Shown here: one piece after another, positions 33,260 through 42,943 of the stretch
Layout: every line of letters begins with the position of its first letter
How positions within the stretch are numbered: position 1 is the stretch's first letter
DNA from: an uncultured Planctomycetia bacterium
Lineage (GTDB): Bacteria; Omnitrophota; Gorgyraeia; Gorgyraeales; Gorgyraeaceae
Reading direction: 5' to 3'
Assembly: GCA_964415355.1 (NCBI GenBank)
Contig: CAYPYS010000001.1
Span: 95,161 to 143,732, forward strand
Length of the DNA stretch: 48,572 bases
Notes under the pieces: model-generated
The model's input: only the letters and a program-made list of their open reading frames with translations
The model's database searches: none
Told to the model about the DNA's origin: nothing
Made by a program: the position numbers and the translations under genes

Positions 33260-34366
33260 CAGCCCAAGACCCCTTGCCAATATATTCCGCCTGAGCTTGA
33301 CTGCATCATACGGACACACCTCATTACAGCACATGCACTTGATGCATTTAACCGCATCGATAACTGATGTCTCTTTATTTATTGTAATAGCGGACACCGG
33401 GCATGTATCTCGGCAAATATTGCATTTTTTGCAAAGCCCTTCGTCTATATAAGGCCCGAACTTCACAAGACTCGCCACCGCCCTTATAAGAAAACCGGGT
33501 AATTTAAAAATAAGCCTTGAATGAGGGAGCCTGAAATTCTTTATCAAATTATCCTTTAGCGTCTCACCTAAAATATCTATTTTTTTTATATCTGCCTCGC
33601 CAAGCCCCCTTTTCGCAGCTTCTTTTGTAGACAGGATCTTAAAAGGGTCCATACCGATCAGATGCGAAAATATAACATCTAGCGCCACGCTATCTGCGCT
33701 CGCCATCAAAAGCCCCGCCGGATTTAATGTCCCTGCTGCTGGCCCGTCTCCGTCCATTGCAATCACGCCATCCATCAGGGCAAGTTGCGGCTTCACGGCA
33801 TCGAAGACATCGACCAGGACATTGCAAAATTCCTCTTCCCTGGGAAATCTCTTGTGGCATTCGGATTTATTTAAGCCTGACACCGCGCCAAACATATTTT
33901 TTACAGCTCCTGTCAATATCATCAGGTTATGAGTTTTCATCTTCGGCAAAGATATGATCTTATCACACTCAAAAAAATAAGAAGCTATCGGCAAGCCCTT
34001 GATCATCTTTACATTTTTCGTCTCCAAAAGCTCGACGCCTTCTTCTTTCGCGATCCGCGCCATGCCTGAAGACTCATATATCTCCCGGACCTGGACCCCC
34101 CTGCACCCTCCCGGAGTATCCCCTATCAAAGGATATGCGCCGCATTCCCTTACTAGTTTCACGACAGCTCTAACGACCTCCACGTGAGTATTGGCTCCTT
34201 TTTCCGGACCGCTGCCTGAAAGCATATTAGGCTTAATAAGCACCTTCTCGCCTTTATTTACAAACGCGGATATGCCGCCTAAAAGATCAAAGGCCTGACG
34301 CACGCACGACCCCAGGATCTCCTGGCTATATGTCTTACATTTTACAATCGAAACTCTTGCACTCAC
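33257..34366 (-). CDS. DUF362 domain protein with C-terminal 2x[4Fe-4S] ferredoxin domain
   Basis: VLIKPNM core of DUF362 plus CKKCNICRDTCP and CIKCMCCNEVCP clusters. Start set to the GTG at 34366 (AGGAGG 9 nt upstream) because the track's MLKCKV extension is translated repeat R23. Stop codon lies in R22. Confidence 0.75.
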   Translation of the reverse strand: MSARVSIVKCKTYSQEILGSCVRQAFDLLGGISAFVNKGEKVLIKPNMLSGSGPEKGANTHVEVVRAVVKLVRECGAYPLIGDTPGGCRGVQVREIYESSGMARIAKEEGVELLETKNVKMIKGLPIASYFFECDKIISLPKMKTHNLMILTGAVKNMFGAVSGLNKSECHKRFPREEEFCNVLVDVFDAVKPQLALMDGVIAMDGDGPAAGTLNPAGLLMASADSVALDVIFSHLIGMDPFKILSTKEAAKRGLGEADIKKIDILGETLKDNLIKNFRLPHSRLIFKLPGFLIRAVASLVKFGPYIDEGLCKKCNICRDTCPVSAITINKETSVIDAVKCIKCMCCNEVCPYDAVKLRRNILARGLGL

Positions 34367-34380
34367 TTTATCAATCCTCC

Positions 34381-34417
34381 TAACTTTACATTTCAACAAC
34401 GTTAAAGTGTAAAGTTA
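34381..34417 (+). repeat. Palindromic intergenic repeat R23 (A)
   Basis: Identical to R4. Contains the stop of the CPBP gene. Confidence 0.95.
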
Positions 34418-35455
34418 AGCCATTAGTTCTTTTATAAAGAACACGAAGCCGACGATAATCGCATTATGCAGGATGTGCACTGCCATCGAAGCGACAAGCG
34501 ACCCTGTCCTCTCATAAAGGTAAACCAAAAGCAAACCCAGTATCATGATCGGGAAAAAACCGACAATATTCGTATGCAGGAGACTAAAAACTGACGCGCT
34601 TATAAACGCAGCCCCTATCACACCAATATGTTTTTTAACGGCATTGTACATAAACCCTCGAAAAAATATCTCCTCAATAATAGGCCCCAGGATGGAAACG
34701 AATATCGCAAAGAACGCAAGAAATACGCCTCTCTTTTCTTCCATGAACATTTCAAATACAGGCTGAGGCTCGGGCTTATAGCCCAAGATATTCAAAATCC
34801 ATAAAGAAAAAATCAAGACCGTGAATAAAAGCGGCAGAATAAAAATATACCCCGCTATGCCTGATGAAATATTTTTAAATAAAGAAGATAATTTCAAGCC
34901 TAGCGAAACCAGTGTATCCTTGCATTTAACCACTACAAAATACAACACCACTATAACCACGGCAATATCTATAAAAAAAGTGCTGATCATCATGCGCAAA
35001 TTGATCCCGATATCTAATTGCAATAATTCATATATAATGCTTTCTGCAAGGCCTAAGACATAACTCATGAAAACAATAACAAGGCTCGCCCTTAAAAGGT
35101 CGGGAACGCCCCAGGAAATATCCTCTCTCCCTCGAGAAGACGACAAGGATGAAAAAGAAAAAGCAAAAGGCCTTATCCTGAAAATAAAAGCTAAATTCAT
35201 CACAATGGAAAACATAAATACTAAAAATCCCAAGATTATCGCGTATTTAAAAAACCTTGCACTTAGCTTGCCTGAGGACAAAAAATCCTTGACCCTCTCT
35301 TCGGTAACTCCGATCTCCTCAAGGGTCATCTCTGAAAAGGATTTTTCTGACTTTACCTGCTTTTTTTCCGACTGCCCTGCGCTCATAAAATTCACAGCCA
35401 GTATAAAGAGCAGCATGAATATGTATATTTTTTCTCGTCTTATAAAATCCAGCAT
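34415..35455 (-). CDS. CPBP family intramembrane glutamic endopeptidase (CAAX protease-like)
   Basis: EEIFFRG, FSLLH and HILHN motifs in a polytopic membrane protein. Stop codon lies in R23. Confidence 0.75.
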   Translation of the reverse strand: MLDFIRREKIYIFMLLFILAVNFMSAGQSEKKQVKSEKSFSEMTLEEIGVTEERVKDFLSSGKLSARFFKYAIILGFLVFMFSIVMNLAFIFRIRPFAFSFSSLSSSRGREDISWGVPDLLRASLVIVFMSYVLGLAESIIYELLQLDIGINLRMMISTFFIDIAVVIVVLYFVVVKCKDTLVSLGLKLSSLFKNISSGIAGYIFILPLLFTVLIFSLWILNILGYKPEPQPVFEMFMEEKRGVFLAFFAIFVSILGPIIEEIFFRGFMYNAVKKHIGVIGAAFISASVFSLLHTNIVGFFPIMILGLLLVYLYERTGSLVASMAVHILHNAIIVGFVFFIKELMA

Positions 35456-35470
35456 GGTAATGCCCTCTCG

Positions 35471-35507
35471 TAACTTTACACTTTAACGTTGTTGAAATGT
35501 AAAGTTA
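35471..35507 (-). repeat. Palindromic intergenic repeat R24 (B)
   Basis: Identical to R14. tatD reads into it (NFTFQQR*). Confidence 0.95.
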
Positions 35508-36262
35508 AAGAGGTTTTTCGCGTTGTCAGTCGTAATCCTAGCTACCTCGTCAAGGCTCAGGCCTTTTATCTTCGCTATCTCTTCTGCGAGATATCTCACA
35601 TAGCTCGGCTCGTTTCGCTTTCCCCTGTATATTTGCGGTGCCAAAAATGGAGCGTCAGTCTCAAGAAGAAGTCTTTCCATAGGCGTCTTCTTCGCAACCT
35701 CCCGCAGCCGGCTGGCATTCTTGAAAGTAAGATTACAGGTAAACGATACGCAAAGTCCCATATCCAAACAATCTGTCAAAAATCTCTCGTCTCCGGAGAA
35801 ACAATGCATGACGCCCCTCAGCTTATCCCCTATTATATCTCTTAATATGCCCAATATATCATCGTGCGCGTCGCGATTATGTATGATTATCGGCAAATCC
35901 CTCTTCTTTGCCTCTTTCAATAAAATCTTGACCAGCCTTTTCTGATTGTCCCTCGAAGAAATATTTTTAAAATAATCCAACCCTATCTCTCCGATCGCGA
36001 CGACCTTATCTCTGTCGAGAAAACCTCTAAATTCCTCTAAATCCTTCTCCGTCACGCTGTCAGCCTCGTGAGGATGGATCCCGGCTGCCGCATAAATAAA
36101 ATCATTCTTCTCAGCGATCTCTATCGAGGCCCTTGTCCCCCTAAGACTTGAACCGACATTTACAATCAGGCCCACGCCTTCTTCCCTCGAGCGTTTTATG
36201 ACCTCATTCCTATCAGATTCAAAGTCTTTGAAATCTAAATGACAGTGAGTATCTGTCAACAT
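35483..36262 (-). CDS. tatD: TatD family metal-dependent hydrolase
   Basis: MLTDTHCHLDF start at 36262, overlapping the upstream stop (ATGTTGA). IGEIGLDY, HCFSG and ETDAP motifs. The last 7 codons (NFTFQQR) plus the stop are encoded by repeat R24. Confidence 0.85.
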   Translation of the reverse strand: MLTDTHCHLDFKDFESDRNEVIKRSREEGVGLIVNVGSSLRGTRASIEIAEKNDFIYAAAGIHPHEADSVTEKDLEEFRGFLDRDKVVAIGEIGLDYFKNISSRDNQKRLVKILLKEAKKRDLPIIIHNRDAHDDILGILRDIIGDKLRGVMHCFSGDERFLTDCLDMGLCVSFTCNLTFKNASRLREVAKKTPMERLLLETDAPFLAPQIYRGKRNEPSYVRYLAEEIAKIKGLSLDEVARITTDNAKNLFNFTFQQR

Positions 36263-37413
36263 AGTGGCGACATCTCTCTGAGTCTTTTTACTATTGGCGG
36301 GATCTCGGCCAGGCAATACTCAATGTCTTTTTCAGTATTCTCATAGCCGAAAGAAAACCTGATGGAGCCTTGCGAAATATCAGGAGGAACGCCCATTGCA
36401 GTCAATACGTGAGAAGGTTCGAGCGAACCAGAGGTGCACGCAGAGCCAGTGGAAGCAAAAATGCCTTTCATGTCAAAATTCAATATCAGGGACTCACCCT
36501 CGATATACCTGAAACTTATATTGAGCGTATTGGAAAGACGGTGCTCAGGATGCCCGTTCAGATATATTTCATTGAGCTCTTTTTTTAAACCTGTCAAAAA
36601 TTTATCTGTGAGTTTTTTAAGGTGCTTGTTCACTTTTTTCATATCTTTTTTTGCTATCTCTGTAGCCTTTGCAAAACCCACGATACCGGGTACGTTTAAG
36701 GTCCCCGCCCTCAGCCTTCTCTCATGATATCCTCCGGTCTGATAGGGTGAGATCTTTACGCCTTTTTTTATATATAGCGCGCCTGCGCCTTTGGGCCCGT
36801 TCAACTTATGCGCTGAAAAAGAACATAGATCGACCCCCAGATCTTCGACATCTAGAGACTCCTTGCCAAGCGCCTGGACCGCATCTGTGTGAAAATATAC
36901 ACCGTTCTTCTTCGCTATTTTTCCGATTTCTTTTATCGGCTGGATAGTTCCTGTCTCGTTGTTAGCAAACATAATCGAGATCAGAACAGTATCTTTTCTT
37001 ATAGAGTCCTCCAATTTATTCAGATCAATAACGCCATGTTTATCTACGGGTAACCGGGTGACTTCAAGGCCCAGTTCTTCTTCGGCAAATTTACATGATT
37101 CCAAAACCGCGTGATGTTCTATCTCGCTCGTTATTATGTGCCGTCCTTTTGCCAGGTTAGCAATCGCAATGCCTTTTACCGCAAAATTATCTGATTCGGT
37201 CCCGCCTGATGTAAAAATAATATCCACGGGCTCTGTACCGATCGCCTGTGCGATTACTTCTCTCGACCCTTCTACTGCCTTGCGAGCTGTCTGTCCTTTG
37301 GAATGCACGCTCGAGGCATTCCCGTATTCATCGGAAAAATACGGCATCATGGCCTCCAGCACTTCTTTGCGCACCGGCGTAGTTGCGTTATGATCCAAAT
37401 AAATCTGTCTCAT
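36256..37413 (-). CDS. Cysteine desulfurase (NifS/IscS class I)
   Basis: IYLDHNATTP, the SAHK PLP lysine and the STGSACTSG active-site loop. Confidence 0.9.
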   Translation of the reverse strand: MRQIYLDHNATTPVRKEVLEAMMPYFSDEYGNASSVHSKGQTARKAVEGSREVIAQAIGTEPVDIIFTSGGTESDNFAVKGIAIANLAKGRHIITSEIEHHAVLESCKFAEEELGLEVTRLPVDKHGVIDLNKLEDSIRKDTVLISIMFANNETGTIQPIKEIGKIAKKNGVYFHTDAVQALGKESLDVEDLGVDLCSFSAHKLNGPKGAGALYIKKGVKISPYQTGGYHERRLRAGTLNVPGIVGFAKATEIAKKDMKKVNKHLKKLTDKFLTGLKKELNEIYLNGHPEHRLSNTLNISFRYIEGESLILNFDMKGIFASTGSACTSGSLEPSHVLTAMGVPPDISQGSIRFSFGYENTEKDIEYCLAEIPPIVKRLREMSPLC

Positions 37414-37428
37414 TTCATCGCTCCTGCC

Positions 37429-37465
37429 TAACTTTACATTTCAACAACGTTAAAGTGTAAAGTTA
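37429..37465 (+). repeat. Palindromic intergenic repeat R25 (A)
   Basis: Identical to R4. Contains the metG stop. Confidence 0.95.
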
Positions 37466-38992
37466 GAGCTCTATTCTGGGGAACAAAGGTTTGCCTTTGC
37501 TGGTTTTTACCCCTGATTTTGCCATGCCCCAGGACAAATCCTTTAAAGTTTTCTTCTCTGCTTTTAAACCAAGCTGCTGCGTCATTTTTTCGGAAGTCGT
37601 CGGTAAAAATGACCACAGGGCCGCTGATATAATCCTGAGAATTTCGTAAAGGTCATACATCATATCCCTGAGCTCATCCTCTTTGTTTTCTTTTGAAAGC
37701 CTCCATGGCGCTTTCTGCTCTATAAATTTATTGGCCATATTTATCAATACCCAGATAGCGCCGAGCGCCTGGCTAAAATCTATATTGTCCATTGCCGCTG
37801 AGATCTCGGATTTTAAATTCTTCGCTTTGTCAATGAGCGAAGCTGTGAGCTCGTCCGCGTTTTTAATATCTCGCCTCCTGGGAACTTTCCCGGAAAAATA
37901 TTTCTCTATCATGGACAATGTCCTGTGCAAAAGATTTCCCAGGTCATTAGCGAGATCACTATTGATCCTGGATATAAGCGCAGATTCGGAAAACGAACCA
38001 TCTGCGCCAAACGGCACTTCTCTCAACAGGAAAAACCTGTATGCGTCCACGCCGAACTTATCGACCATCTCAAGCGGATTGACTATATTGCCCCTGGACT
38101 TGGACATCTTGTCTTCGCCGATCTTCCACCAGCCATGAGCAAACACTGTCTTGGGCTGCTCGAGCCCAATAGCGTGAAGCATGATGGGCCAATAAACAGT
38201 GTGCGGCCTCAATATATCCTTTCCTATCATGTGCACGTCAGCCGGCCAGAATTTTTTGAATTTCTTAGAGTCATCGCCGTAGCCGCACAGGCTGATATAA
38301 TTTATGAGCGCGTCAAACCAGACATAGGTCACATGATCTTCGCTAAAAGGTATCTTAATGCCCCACGAAAGCCTGGACTGGGGCCTTGAGATACACAAGT
38401 CGTTCAACGGATTCTTAAGAAAACTCAGGATCTCGTTCTTTCTTATAATCGGTAATATAAAATCCTCGTGCGAATTAATGTAATCCACGAGCCAATTTTG
38501 ATATTTCGAAAGCCTGAAAAAGAAATTCTTTTCTTTTATGTGTTCGACCTTCCTCTTGCAGTCAGGACAATTGTCGTCTACAAGCTGGGCCTTGGTCCAA
38601 AAACTCTCACACGGCGTGCAATACCATCCGCTATATTCACCCTCATACAGATCACCCTTCTTGTACAGGATCTCCAGTATTTTTTTCACGACATCCTCAT
38701 GCCTCTTCTCTGTCGTGCGGATAAAATCATCATATGAGATGTTCAGCTTCTCCCATAGATTTTTAAATCTCGGAACCACTGCATCAACGAACGCAGCCGG
38801 CTCCATGCCCTTTTCGCTAGCTGCCTCTTTTATCTTCTGGCCATGCTCGTCAGTACCTGTAGAAAACAATACCTCTGCGCCCGAAAACCGATTAAATCTA
38901 GCGAGCGCGTCGCACGCGATATTGGTATACGAATGCCCGATATGCGGATTACCATTAACATAGTATAGAGGTGTCGTAATATAAAATTTCAT
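37463..38992 (-). CDS. metG: Methionine--tRNA ligase
   Basis: HIGH-type motif (PHIGHSYT), KMSKS and a zinc knuckle CPDC. Stop codon lies in R25. Confidence 0.9.
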   Translation of the reverse strand: MKFYITTPLYYVNGNPHIGHSYTNIACDALARFNRFSGAEVLFSTGTDEHGQKIKEAASEKGMEPAAFVDAVVPRFKNLWEKLNISYDDFIRTTEKRHEDVVKKILEILYKKGDLYEGEYSGWYCTPCESFWTKAQLVDDNCPDCKRKVEHIKEKNFFFRLSKYQNWLVDYINSHEDFILPIIRKNEILSFLKNPLNDLCISRPQSRLSWGIKIPFSEDHVTYVWFDALINYISLCGYGDDSKKFKKFWPADVHMIGKDILRPHTVYWPIMLHAIGLEQPKTVFAHGWWKIGEDKMSKSRGNIVNPLEMVDKFGVDAYRFFLLREVPFGADGSFSESALISRINSDLANDLGNLLHRTLSMIEKYFSGKVPRRRDIKNADELTASLIDKAKNLKSEISAAMDNIDFSQALGAIWVLINMANKFIEQKAPWRLSKENKEDELRDMMYDLYEILRIISAALWSFLPTTSEKMTQQLGLKAEKKTLKDLSWGMAKSGVKTSKGKPLFPRIEL

Positions 38993-39015
38993 AAATTTAT
39001 CCTGCGGAACCTCGC

Positions 39016-39052
39016 TAACTTTACACTTTAACGTTGTTGAAATGTAAAGTTA
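39016..39052 (-). repeat. Palindromic intergenic repeat R26 (B)
   Basis: Identical to R14. Contains the stop of the PSP1 gene. Confidence 0.95.
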
Positions 39053-39859
39053 GGATTTTTTCTTTTTGAATTCTTCCTTATTGTAGTCCAGTTCAATATG
39101 TCTTCCTTCTTCCAATGCCACTATGACCTTGCGCTTCAACGCATTAACGCTTATAACCCTGCCCTTACCTTGCTTTGTCTTTATTTTCTCACCCTCTTTT
39201 GGCAGGCCTTTTAAATATTTTCTATAATTCTCGTATTCATATCCAAGGCAACACATCAATCTACCGCAGCATCCTGATATCTTAGAAGGATTCAGTGGCA
39301 GGTTCTGCTCCTTTGCCATCTTTATCGTCACAGGTTCAAAGCCTTTCAAAAAACTCGCACAGCATAATGACCTCCCGCAATGCCCGAAACCTCCCAGCAT
39401 CCGCGCCTCGTCCCTCACACCTATCTGCCTCAGTTCTATCCTGACCTTGAAAATAGAGGCTAAATCCTTTACAAGGTCCCTGAAATCAACCCGGCCCTCG
39501 GAGGTGAAATAAAAAATAAGCTTGGTCCTGTCAAACGAATATTCAGCGTCGATCAACTTCATATCGAGCCTGCGTTCCTGGATCTTTCTTGCGCAGGTTT
39601 GAAACGCGTTTTTTATCCGCTTTTTGTTCTCGTTTATCTTGCGCATATCGTCTTTTGTAGCGATGCGCGCTATCTTTTTCAAAGGCTTGCCGAGATCCCT
39701 CTCCAATATCATCTCTGGCTCGCCTATTACCTCGCCGTAATCCTGGCCCCGTTCGACCTCAACTATTACGTAATCTCCTATCCTGGGCTTCAGACCATGG
39801 CTCTCGTAATAGAGGATATTCCCCGACTCCCTTAATCTTACTTGCACAGCTTCCCGCAT
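39050..39859 (-). CDS. PSP1 domain protein (YaaT/RicT-like)
   Basis: PSP1 C-terminal domain with a Cys-rich CGRSLCC...CCGRLMCC segment. Conserved position next to holB. Stop codon lies in R26. Confidence 0.8.
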   Translation of the reverse strand: MREAVQVRLRESGNILYYESHGLKPRIGDYVIVEVERGQDYGEVIGEPEMILERDLGKPLKKIARIATKDDMRKINENKKRIKNAFQTCARKIQERRLDMKLIDAEYSFDRTKLIFYFTSEGRVDFRDLVKDLASIFKVRIELRQIGVRDEARMLGGFGHCGRSLCCASFLKGFEPVTIKMAKEQNLPLNPSKISGCCGRLMCCLGYEYENYRKYLKGLPKEGEKIKTKQGKGRVISVNALKRKVIVALEEGRHIELDYNKEEFKKKKS

Positions 39860-39861
39860 CT

Positions 39862-40830
39862 CTAGCTCCTCTTCAACTCGACAGCCAGATTAAAAAGCGC
39901 TATCTTGGGGTTTGCATTCCTTCTGGTGTATTCAATCGCCTTCATTATGTTAAAAAGATCTCTCTCTAGCTTATCTTTTGTAAACCTGTTTGAATATGAG
40001 GAGATCTCGCTAAATCTATCTACGTTTAAAATTTCGTTTGATTCCTGCGTGAATTTCGATATAAAGATATCCCTGTACCAGCACAGAAGTATATATAAAG
40101 TCTCCTCTATGTCTTCACTGACCTGCTCCTTCAACACAGCCTCTCTCAATAGTGCGCTTTTTCTGAAAAAAAAGTCATTGACCACCTGGTTCCGTCGGGA
40201 AATCAAATCATTCTCTTTGAAAGACAATGCCCTGCCGATCGAGCCCATTGCCATATGCGAAAATAAAATCGCTTCTTCTTCCTCGATATCGCGAGTCATC
40301 AAAAATTCTCTGATCTGACCGCCCGGAAGCAGATTAAACCTCAATATTTTGCATCGCGAAATAACAGTGGGCAGAAGGCCTGCCAGGCTAGAGGCAGTCA
40401 ATATCATAACATGGTTCTCGGGGGGTTCCTCTAAAAGTTTCAAAAAGGCATTCTGCGCCTCGATAGTCGCGGTCTCGGCTTCATTTATAATAAAAATCCT
40501 CTTTTTTGCCTCGTATGGTTTTAAGCTCGCCTGATAAATAATATCCCGTATCTTCTCGATCTTTATCGAACCTGACGGGCCTTCGGGAAAAACGCAAAAG
40601 ACATCCGGATGGTTTCCGGATTCTATCTTATTACAAGAGACGCAATCACAAGAGGCACCACTGAGATATCTCTCGCAATTTATTGCCTTGGCGAATTCAA
40701 TACCTGCAGTTCGCTTCCCAACTCCGTCAGGACCCAAAAATAAATAGGTCCCCCTGACCTGTTTTCTTGCAATTATATTCTTAAGCGCCCTGACAGCCAC
40801 ATCTTGTCCGATTATCTTATTAAACGACAT
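39862..40830 (-). CDS. holB: DNA polymerase III subunit delta prime
   Basis: YLFLGPDGVGKRT Walker-like motif, CxxCxxC zinc module, SRC motif (VISRCKIL). Confidence 0.8.
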   Translation of the reverse strand: MSFNKIIGQDVAVRALKNIIARKQVRGTYLFLGPDGVGKRTAGIEFAKAINCERYLSGASCDCVSCNKIESGNHPDVFCVFPEGPSGSIKIEKIRDIIYQASLKPYEAKKRIFIINEAETATIEAQNAFLKLLEEPPENHVMILTASSLAGLLPTVISRCKILRFNLLPGGQIREFLMTRDIEEEEAILFSHMAMGSIGRALSFKENDLISRRNQVVNDFFFRKSALLREAVLKEQVSEDIEETLYILLCWYRDIFISKFTQESNEILNVDRFSEISSYSNRFTKDKLERDLFNIMKAIEYTRRNANPKIALFNLAVELKRS

Positions 40831-40840
40831 TATCAGTCCC

Positions 40841-40877
40841 TAAGTTTACATTTCAACAACGTTAAAGTGTAAAGTTA
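40841..40877 (+). repeat. Palindromic intergenic repeat R27 (A, TAAG left end)
   Basis: TAAGTTTACATTTCAACAACGTTAAAGTGTAAAGTTA. Contains the tmk stop. Confidence 0.95.
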
Positions 40878-41492
40878 GCAAATGCAATCTAATACTATTT
40901 TACGTATCTTTTCCTGTGTCTCAGCTATCTCTCCGAGAGCAGAGACAACTTTTACGCGACGCGGCTCTTTCTTTGCAATGCTAAGATATCCTTTTCTTAC
41001 CTTTTTATGATACGAGAGCGATTTTTTTTCCATCCTGTCTTTGTTTCCGGTAGAACGCGAAAGCCCCTTTTTTGCGTCTATGTCTAATATAAAGGTGATG
41101 TCGGGTTTTATTCCATTAGTAGTAAGTCTGCCTATGTCTTTTATTAATCTTACATCAAGTCCTCCGGCATATCCCTGATAGGCCATGGTAGCGTCCATAA
41201 ATCTATCGCATATCACTATCTTTCCTTTTCTTAAAGCTGGTAGGATCTTTTCTCTTACTATCTGCGCTCGCGCAGCCATATATAAAAGCAATTCGCACAC
41301 TACATCCATGCCCTTGTTCCTGGGATCCAGCAAAACCTTTCTTATCTTCTCGCTGACTACAGTCCCTCCTGGCTCGCGCGTGTGCAAGACCTTCAGGCCC
41401 TGTTTTTTAAGAAACTCACACAAGAGTCGAGAGTGAGTGCTCTTGCCGCTCCCCTCCGGCCCTTCAAAAGTTATAAATAACTTTCTCTTCAC
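40875..41492 (-). CDS. tmk: dTMP kinase
   Basis: FITFEGPEGSGKST P-loop and the DRF motif. Stop codon lies in R27. Confidence 0.9.
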   Translation of the reverse strand: MKRKLFITFEGPEGSGKSTHSRLLCEFLKKQGLKVLHTREPGGTVVSEKIRKVLLDPRNKGMDVVCELLLYMAARAQIVREKILPALRKGKIVICDRFMDATMAYQGYAGGLDVRLIKDIGRLTTNGIKPDITFILDIDAKKGLSRSTGNKDRMEKKSLSYHKKVRKGYLSIAKKEPRRVKVVSALGEIAETQEKIRKIVLDCIC

Positions 41493-41505
41493 CGTATATT
41501 TATTC

Positions 41506-41542
41506 TAACTTTACATTTTAACGTTGTTGAAATGTAAAGTTA
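41506..41542 (-). repeat. Palindromic intergenic repeat R28 (B-like, symmetrised left arm)
   Basis: TAACTTTACATTTTAACGTTGTTGAAATGTAAAGTTA. Contains the cysS stop. Confidence 0.95.
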
Positions 41543-42943
41543 GACATCCTTTGCGCGCCAGGTCGTACTGTCTTTCTGGTCTTCAAGTATAATACCTGAT
41601 CTATCTAAATCCTCGCGTATCTTGTCGGCCTTTTTAAAATCTTTATTTCTTCTGGCTTCATTCCTCATCTCAATCATTTTTTTGATCTCTTGTTCTGAAA
41701 TCAGAAATTTCTTTTGTTCAAATGCGAAACCAAAAACATCAGACATGCGCTCCAATGCGTCCATCGCCACCTTTAAAACAGACCTCCCTGCCTTGTCTTT
41801 CGCATCTATCATTTTATTAACCTTATTCACCATATCAAACAATACCGCAAGAGCCTTTGGAGTATTAAAATCGTCATCCATGGCTTCTTCAAATTCTTTG
41901 TCAAATTCACATGTATTTTCAGTGTCACCCTTGGGCAATTTCATTTTCTTTAGCTTTCCCCTAAATATATCAATGCGCGCATAGGCCTTCTTCGCCTCCT
42001 CCATCTTGTCCCAGGAAAAATCTACTGGACTTGAATAGTGCGCTTGCAAAAACAATATCTTAAGCGCATCAGCCGGATATTTGGCCAAAACCTCTTCTAT
42101 TGTCACAAAATTACCTAAAGACTTGGCCATCTTTTCTTTATTTATAGTCAACAGCCCGTTATGTATCCAGTAACGTGCAAATTTTTTCCCTGCGCCCTCT
42201 GATTGAGCTATTTCATTTTCATGGTGAGGAAAAATAAGATCCATGCCGCCACCATGTATATCAAATTCGTCACCTAATATATCAGAGCTCATCACTGAAC
42301 ATTCTATATGCCATCCAGGCCTACCTGGACCCCAAGGGCTGGGCCACGAAACCTCCCCTGCCTTGGCCTTTTTCCACAATGCAAAGTCAAGAGGGTCTTT
42401 TTTGTTTTCTCCGGGAGAAATCCTTGCCCCGCTCTCCAGCATCTCGAGACCCTGGTTGGATAATTTACCGTAATCCCTGGCTTTTCTCACATCAAAATAC
42501 ACATCGCCGTCTGATTCATAAGCTACTCCGCACTTGATCAATAACGCTATAAAATCTTTCATCTTTTTTATATACCTGGTCGCCTTTGGCTCTTTATCCG
42601 GCCGTCCAATACCCAGCGAGTCCATATATTTATGATAACTCTTTAGATATTTATCAGAGACCTTCTCCGCAGCGCTGCTTATATCTTCTCCTTTAAACTC
42701 TTCCTTTGCCTTATTGATTATTTTATCGTCGACATCAGTAACGTTTCTAACAAATTTAACCTTGATCTTCTTGTACTTAAAATATCTACGAATGACGTCA
42801 AATATATAAGCGCTCCTTGCGTGGCCGATATGTGGATCGTCATAGACTGTCGGGCCGCACACATACATCCCAACCCGGTCCTTTTTTATAGGCTTGAATT
42901 CTTCTTTTTTTCCGGTTAGCGTATTGTGTATCTTAATGCTCAT
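41540..42943 (-). CDS. cysS: Cysteine--tRNA ligase
   Basis: YVCGPTVYDDPHIGHAR, KMAKSLGN. Stop codon lies in R28. Start overlaps the ispF stop (TAATG). Confidence 0.95.
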   Translation of the reverse strand: MSIKIHNTLTGKKEEFKPIKKDRVGMYVCGPTVYDDPHIGHARSAYIFDVIRRYFKYKKIKVKFVRNVTDVDDKIINKAKEEFKGEDISSAAEKVSDKYLKSYHKYMDSLGIGRPDKEPKATRYIKKMKDFIALLIKCGVAYESDGDVYFDVRKARDYGKLSNQGLEMLESGARISPGENKKDPLDFALWKKAKAGEVSWPSPWGPGRPGWHIECSVMSSDILGDEFDIHGGGMDLIFPHHENEIAQSEGAGKKFARYWIHNGLLTINKEKMAKSLGNFVTIEEVLAKYPADALKILFLQAHYSSPVDFSWDKMEEAKKAYARIDIFRGKLKKMKLPKGDTENTCEFDKEFEEAMDDDFNTPKALAVLFDMVNKVNKMIDAKDKAGRSVLKVAMDALERMSDVFGFAFEQKKFLISEQEIKKMIEMRNEARRNKDFKKADKIREDLDRSGIILEDQKDSTTWRAKDV

